A DNA stretch of 59,429 nucleotides, counting the filler, from Sluysia triapertura (taxonomy: Eukaryota): NCBI GenBank assembly GCA_046118255.1. It is 4 parts of 4 records of this genome, joined end to end, with 100 filler letters (N's around TTAATTAATTAA, not from the genome) between each part and the next. Parts side by side here need not be neighbours in the genome. Positions count along the whole stretch, not along the records: positions 47,837 to 59,429 come from JBJNIA010183046.1; 3 more parts are not named here. The stretch is one strand, 5' to 3'. Position numbers and translations under genes: made by a program. Position 1 is the first letter of the stretch, and every line of letters starts with the position of its first letter. The notes beneath the pieces are model-generated. The model had not been told where the DNA came from. It did not search any database and saw only the letters and a list, made by a program, of their open reading frames with translations. This document shows, piece by piece, positions 53,640-59,429 of this stretch.

Positions 53640-54580
53640 TTTATTCAATAAATCAATAATAATATTAATTTAATAAAATCAAAATTATTTTATTAAAAAA
53701 TATTTCATTTAATATTTAATAATTCATTAAAATATAATTTAACAAAAAACAATGGAGATTATTATTTCATTATTATTATTTCACTATTATTATTATTATT
53801 ACTATTATTTCATTATGATTGTTATTATAACAAATTACATGCAATATTAAATCACTAAAGTGTGTAGTAAAATTATTACAGTATTGATTTAATTCATTTA
53901 GTAGTTCTAATTTTGAACTATGTTGGATTGATTTAATTCATTAATACGTCATAATATTAATGTTTGATTATATTACGGAATTACTCTAAAAGGAAGGAAA
54001 TTTTTCAACATTCACAAGAAGTTTTAGATATTACAACAGTTTTATATTGCGACAATAATAATTGAAAGAACAATTTCAATCGAACGATTTGTATCCAGGT
54101 TTTAATCGTAAGTAATCTCCATTGATTTTTTAAATTTAACGATAAAATTAAAGTTTCTATATATTATAAAATTTCATATTTATATTGTTTCTAAATAGAA
54201 TTAGTTTGTTATCTTATTTTAATTAACTTGAGAGTGGTACCACTGAGAAAACGATTTTGCAAAATATTATAGTTGAGTATTGATTATGGTACAACCGTAT
54301 AGCTCTTATTAATAAATTATTAAGCACTTCTATCCTGAACAGCAAGGACGAGTATACTGATTCATACCTCCAGTTAAGTTTAATATACAGTAATATTAAT
54401 TGAAGTTCAGAATAACTATAAATTTTATAAAGAGATTTGAATTAATATAGAGTGAGGATTTTTAGAGTTTAAAATAGTGTCCAGACATAGTTAAATTTGA
54501 TAAAGATTTGATAAAATAAAATTAAAGAAACAACGCATAAGATTTTAAAGACTTAGAAGTCAAAACAAATTTTTACATTA
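53640..54580. repeat. Direct duplication, copy 2
   Basis: Colinear with 50020-51010, with scattered substitutions and indels. Confidence 0.9.
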
Positions 54581-54666
54581 ATACATTAACCCATTTTTTA
54601 AAGAAATTGTTACATAAATATTGAATACACGAATTCTGATTAATTATTTAATTTTTTTCAATTTAG

Positions 54667-56534
54667 AATTTACTGAAAATGAATTAAGAAATTGGCAGCG
54701 GCCTAAATTTTTTTCTGAACTATATTTGCCACAAGAAAATAAATTTATCTCTACAGATTTTACTTTATTAGAAATACCGACAAGTTACGAGCAGTTTCCT
54801 CAGGATTTAGCAGCAACTGTATATCCAGAACTTCAACAATACGGAGAACTGTGGCACAAATTTGACACTGTTTTTCGAATACCAAAAGGAATGATAACGT
54901 TTCTTTTTCGAGATCCCGCATTAAGTAATAATCTTTTGAGGTAGTACAGATTTCTAATAAAATTCATGAAAAACATTAATGTTGATATAATTATTTAGTG
55001 CTACGATAATTGATATATTGTTATACAGTATAAAACAACAACTGAGCACTTACGTATATGATGCAACAATATCTGGATTACAGTAATTTTAATTATTGAA
55101 TTTCCACAATTATAGAAATCATTTTATTGAAAAATAATAATTTTATCTATTTAAGTTCTTAAATTAAATTAATTTTTTTGTTAAGATACTCTTTGACAGA
55201 ATCAAGATCAGATATTATATTAATAGTTGATGGTTTTTCACACAAATTACAAGTATTTTTATGTACTTTTAAATCAACGATTTATTTTCAGTATCTCCTT
55301 TACACAATTATTGATTATTTAGTAGATTTTAAGATGAGTGAAATTCAGTTAAATGTTTATAAAGATGCAGTACGAAGAAAGTATATAAACTCATCTATAC
55401 AGGTGCATTCATTGGGAGTGTACGTAATTTTTATTTTATGCTTTCTAATAATATTTTTATATATTCACTCGAAATAATATTGATGCGAATAATTAAAAAA
55501 GTTTAGTAATTTAAAATGAATTTCATTGAGGAACAACGTAAATAATGGTATGTGACATTTTGCAAATTTATTATTTTATGCAAATGTTCCTTTTTATTTA
55601 ACATTCTATAAATGATTTTAATCGCTATAGGGTAATGAACGCGATAGTAATGTTTCGAAAGTTTTGTAATTTTAAATTATTTATCTTTTTTATTATTTAG
55701 TTCCATTTTTAATAAAATATTATGTACTTCATACTGGACATCATTAGAAAAAATGTCAGTTCTCGATGATATTAATTTAAAATGTATTGAGGAATTCTAC
55801 GAAATTCTTTTCCGCAATGTCAGCATCTGCAGCTATTTTCATGGCAATATTTCCATTAAACAAGCCAAAGAAATGTTCCTTTATGTAATTAAAAAATTAA
55901 ATATCAATCCAAGTGGTATCAAAAGAAAAGTAATTTTAGCTTATTATATCGTAAATGTTGTCATTGAGTAATTTTATGTGAAATTGATCGATCTATTTCA
56001 AAATGTTTGTAATATGTCGATCAATAACTAACTTTATAATCAATACCGTAACACTACCATAAAATAAAAAATTTTTAAAAATTTATTTTTAGATGATAAA
56101 GAAATTCTTTTTTAAATAGTTTTCAAGTAAATTTGCAAACAGAAAGTGTGCTGGGAGAGCCTAAAGAACATTTACTATAAAATTTGTGGGTATTAATGAT
56201 CCCCCTTTTCTCGTGGATAATGCTGCAGGAATTTAGAGGAGAATGAACAAGTATTTTGTATCATTCTCCTTTTTTTGAATATTATAAAAATATGAAAGAA
56301 TTTAGTTGTTGGACGTGGAGCTATAAGTGAAGCTCAAATGAGAAGTTCGTTGAAAATACTCCCGAATACCGCAGGCCATTTTATCGAAAGATGGTTGGAA
56401 ATAGACAAAAGCAGAATTGTGTTGAGAAATGATTGAATAAAATCACATTTTAATTCTATAAGTTTATTGCGAATAGAGATTGCACAAATTATGGATTATT
56501 GAAAAATCTTATAATAATAATAAAAATAATAGTA

Positions 56535-56581
<47 letters not shown>

Positions 56582-56735
56582 TAACTTTTAGGTTCCATTT
56601 CGATGCTTACCAGCTGGTAATAGTTGTATTCGAGTAATGTCATTAAATCCAAACGATGTTAATACGAATTGTGATATATATCGTCAGATACCTAATATGA
56701 GTTTAACTGAAGAGGCTGCTAATTTATTACTATGT
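54667..56735 (+). CDS. NRDC: Nardilysin-like M16A metallopeptidase, partial; exons 54667-54940, 54999-55082, 55186-55252, 55292-55419, 55701-55929, 56592-56735
   Basis: Six phase-compatible GT-AG exons. LYLPQENKFISTDFTL, LWHKFDTVFRIPKG, YDATISGLQYSL, VDGFSHKL and LPAGNSCIRVMSLNPNDVN are M16A C-terminal-half motifs, closer to nardilysin than IDE by eye. Confidence 0.85.
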
Positions 56736-57139
56736 GTAATTTTATTTATTTTATATATATATATTGATAGCTAAATTAATTGTTAAGTTTAAAGATATCG
56801 ATAAATCTAATCACGTTATGAATATAGACTCACATCTTTATTAAATAAACTTGAACAGATAGCTTTATCTACTTAAATGCAAAAGTTTGGCCTCGCAGAA
56901 ACATCTTGAGGTGTGGATAGGAATCACTCAATTTATGATTGAACTAGGATTAAATGTATAAAATGGTGCATTGTCTAGCTACAAAAACAAATATTGGCCT
57001 CTTGGCTTTCTTTTGAAATTTTCTTTATTTATTGAGATTTATCTAGTGTTTTGAATTTGCACGAATATCTTATTTTTAACGATTATAAGGATCTGAAGTC
57101 CGTTTTGAACTTAAATTTTAATTTGGAACAAATTTTTAA

Positions 57140-57722
57140 TCAAATAATATCTCGATCATCACATATTGCAGGAGCTAGGAAGGATAACCATATGAAAGTG
57201 GAATTTCTTTGGATTTCTCGAGGTTGCAACATATAAAGTGGTATAATGACTCATAAAGATATGATAACCATTTCACAATAGATGATCGCAAATTTATAGA
57301 TCCATTCACTCATAAGATCACTGATAAAAATTTATTCAACAGTGCAAGGACTATTATATATGGTCTTGTTAATGTATAATTGTTGAACAACTATTGGACT
57401 TCCAGGGACAATGTAAGTTAAGAATGTATATTACCAACAAACGGGAAAAATATAGAATTAAATTAGTACTTATGTGCAATTCAAATTCATCCTATCTGGT
57501 TTATGGGATACTATAAGTTGGAAAAAGCAACCTCTACCAATAATTTACACTGCCTGATTATTTTGTCGAAAATTTATTGAAAACAATTCATGGAACCAAT
57601 TCAAAAACAACTGTAGATAATTGGTTTACATCAGTATCATTTGTCAAAAACATTCAAAAATAAGCGAGAAATTCCGCAACAATTATTGGTAGTTAAAAAT
57701 CGTCAATTGAACTCATTTGTCC
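57140..57722 (+). pseudogene. piggyBac transposase remnant, probably within a nardilysin intron
   Basis: IAGARKDNHMKVEFLW, IVEQLLDFQGQCKLRMY (compare TIDEQLLGFRGRCPFRMY; first catalytic Asp lost), LVLMCNSNSSY, TVDNWFTSV and KNKREIPQQL. Frameshifted, and similarity ends near 57720. Confidence 0.9.
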
Positions 57723-57768
57723 TCCGAAAAGAGAAAAAACAGTCACTTCATCGACAGAAGACCAGAGT

Positions 57769-58619
57769 TTATACAATACAACTCGAAAAAAATGAGTCAA
57801 TACATTTGATCAGCTGTACCAAAACTACTTCCTTAGTCGAAGGTTTCGAAGATGGTCGGGTAGTATTGTAACAGTGAACGAAAATCATAGGTATTAGTTC
57901 GAAATCATCTTTATTATAAAAGGAATTACTAAATCTGGGCTTAAGGCCCGCTGCAAATTTTAAAAACTCATTATAAAAATCAATTTTATGAAAAGTGGAC
58001 TTAAGGTCCTTTTGATTGTTCAAATTAAACTGATATTATGAAAATTCGACTTAGTGCCTTGAATACTATAAAAACATTGTAATTTAAATAAACGACATAA
58101 AACAAGATAAAATTTTGACATGTATTCAAAATAAAACCTTACCACACAACACATTTTTAAATTTACGATTTCCTCGAGGTCTTTAGGATAAATGATGCTA
58201 AAACAAATAAAAATTCGAGTTACGAAATCTGATAATCTAAAAAAATTAAAGTAAACATAACCCTGTCTTTCATAACGAAACAAGCAGTGAATCTTTGAAT
58301 CGGATAATTTAAGCAAAACTAATGATCATGTGTCGGACATACTTCCACCAGATAATCCTAAACTAAACGGCCTTTTGTTATTAAAGTTACGAGTCACTTG
58401 TGGATTTTCTATCTCGTTTACTTTTTGCAAATACATTGGATAAGTCTTTGAAACGTCTTGAAATTCAAAATTCTCCTCATGATCCATTTTAAATTTATGA
58501 CACAACTTTAGACTTTTGACAATCATCTTGAAATCCAAAACATGAACTTTTAAATTTATAGCAATCATCTTTGAACTTGTAGCGTTTGTCTTCAAATTCT
58601 TAAACTTCCATAAAAACAT
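57769..58619 (-). pseudogene. Probable ORF-H copy abutting the piggyBac remnant
   Basis: Three nearly contiguous ORFs. LGLSGGS (GG-motif-like) and TRIFICFSIIYPKDLEEIVN (compare motif III RQT..FSAT.P.E.E.L). Confidence 0.5.
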
Positions 58620-59429
58620 GAACTAAATCTAGTTTTACCGATTCAGATTATGCAGCATTAATACCAATTACAAAGGTGCCTATTGTTGATCTTGTTCAAA
58701 ATATTTTATTATTAAAACAATAATAATAATAATAAATGTTTGAACTATTTTAAAATCAAATAACGTCTAGATTTGAAAACAAATAGTATAATAATATAAT
58801 ATTAATAATAACAAACTAATAATAAATATATAGCTCATTTATAAAAAATAATTCATTACAAAAATACAATCAAAAAACACACTTAATAAAATGCAATGCG
58901 TCACGATATTAATGTTTAGTAAAAATATGTTACTGACAGTAGTAAGTAGAATATCAATAAATATATATATTAGTTATTAAAGTTTTAGCTACAGATTTCT
59001 TTATTAATGTTTGTATCTCTGCGGGATTTCTCAGATTATTGTAAAGCGTTGCAATCTAAGCTATATCAATTTTTTCAAAAACATTAAATTTTGTATTAAT
59101 TTTGAATAAACATGAGAACATTAATTCAATTTTTAATAACTTGAAAGATATTTTAATTACAATAAGACTGTATGTTTAAAATTGCAAGTTAGATGTATTT
59201 GATTGGTGAAAAGTCAATTGCTTTGGAAAAACTTTTTATGAAGGAAATAAAAGTAATATAATTTAGCTTGATTAAATCAATTTAATCACAGATTATTTAT
59301 TAAAATACTCAATTTTTGTTTGGGAACTCTTAGAAATTCCGGCTGCATATCATGAGATATTTATTTTCATTAAAAATATTATTGAACACATTAAAAAGTA
59401 ACATAATAACTTATTTTACAATTTGAAAA

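Noticed and set aside
56140-56500. Possible gypsy pol fragment in a nardilysin intron
   Set aside because: Only a vague RRPFYR similarity, with no RT or protease motif recoverable.
1-59429. CRISPR arrays, tRNA/rRNA genes, hammerhead ribozymes or prokaryotic defence systems
   Set aside because: None recognised by eye, and the sequence is spliceosomal-intron-containing animal DNA. Small RNAs cannot be excluded without tRNAscan-SE or Infernal.

Overview
Very AT-rich eukaryotic (metazoan) genomic DNA, assembled from several contigs. Three junctions are artificial 100-bp spacers (44 N + TTAATTAATTAA + 44 N) and one is a plain 131-N gap. Host genes: a complete 4-exon THOC3 with 30-35 nt introns, plus partial multi-exon genes for a Nav2/DSC1-like voltage-gated channel (domain I S6 exon), ADAM17, an RGS-domain protein and nardilysin. 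The very short introns suggest a highly reduced animal genome such as an orthonectid or dicyemid; this is inference only. Mobile-element debris includes a collapsed Polinton/Maverick (packaging ATPase, major capsid and pPolB fragments), a piggyBac transposase remnant, an internally deleted Tc1/mariner element with intact TIRs, and L2/CR1 and LTR-RT fragments. The main unexplained signal is a dispersed family of decayed, apparently intronless ORFs, about 9 copies in 59 kb. By eye they resemble the N-terminal half of a DEAD-box helicase, and several carry a non-canonical C-x9-C-x6-C-x3-H zinc finger. Three or four copies sit head-to-head with a second unknown ORF family across a spacer. This looks like a repeated two-gene cassette, possibly an undescribed mobile element, an endogenised virus or an expanding gene pair. 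All protein similarities were judged by eye; no searches were run.
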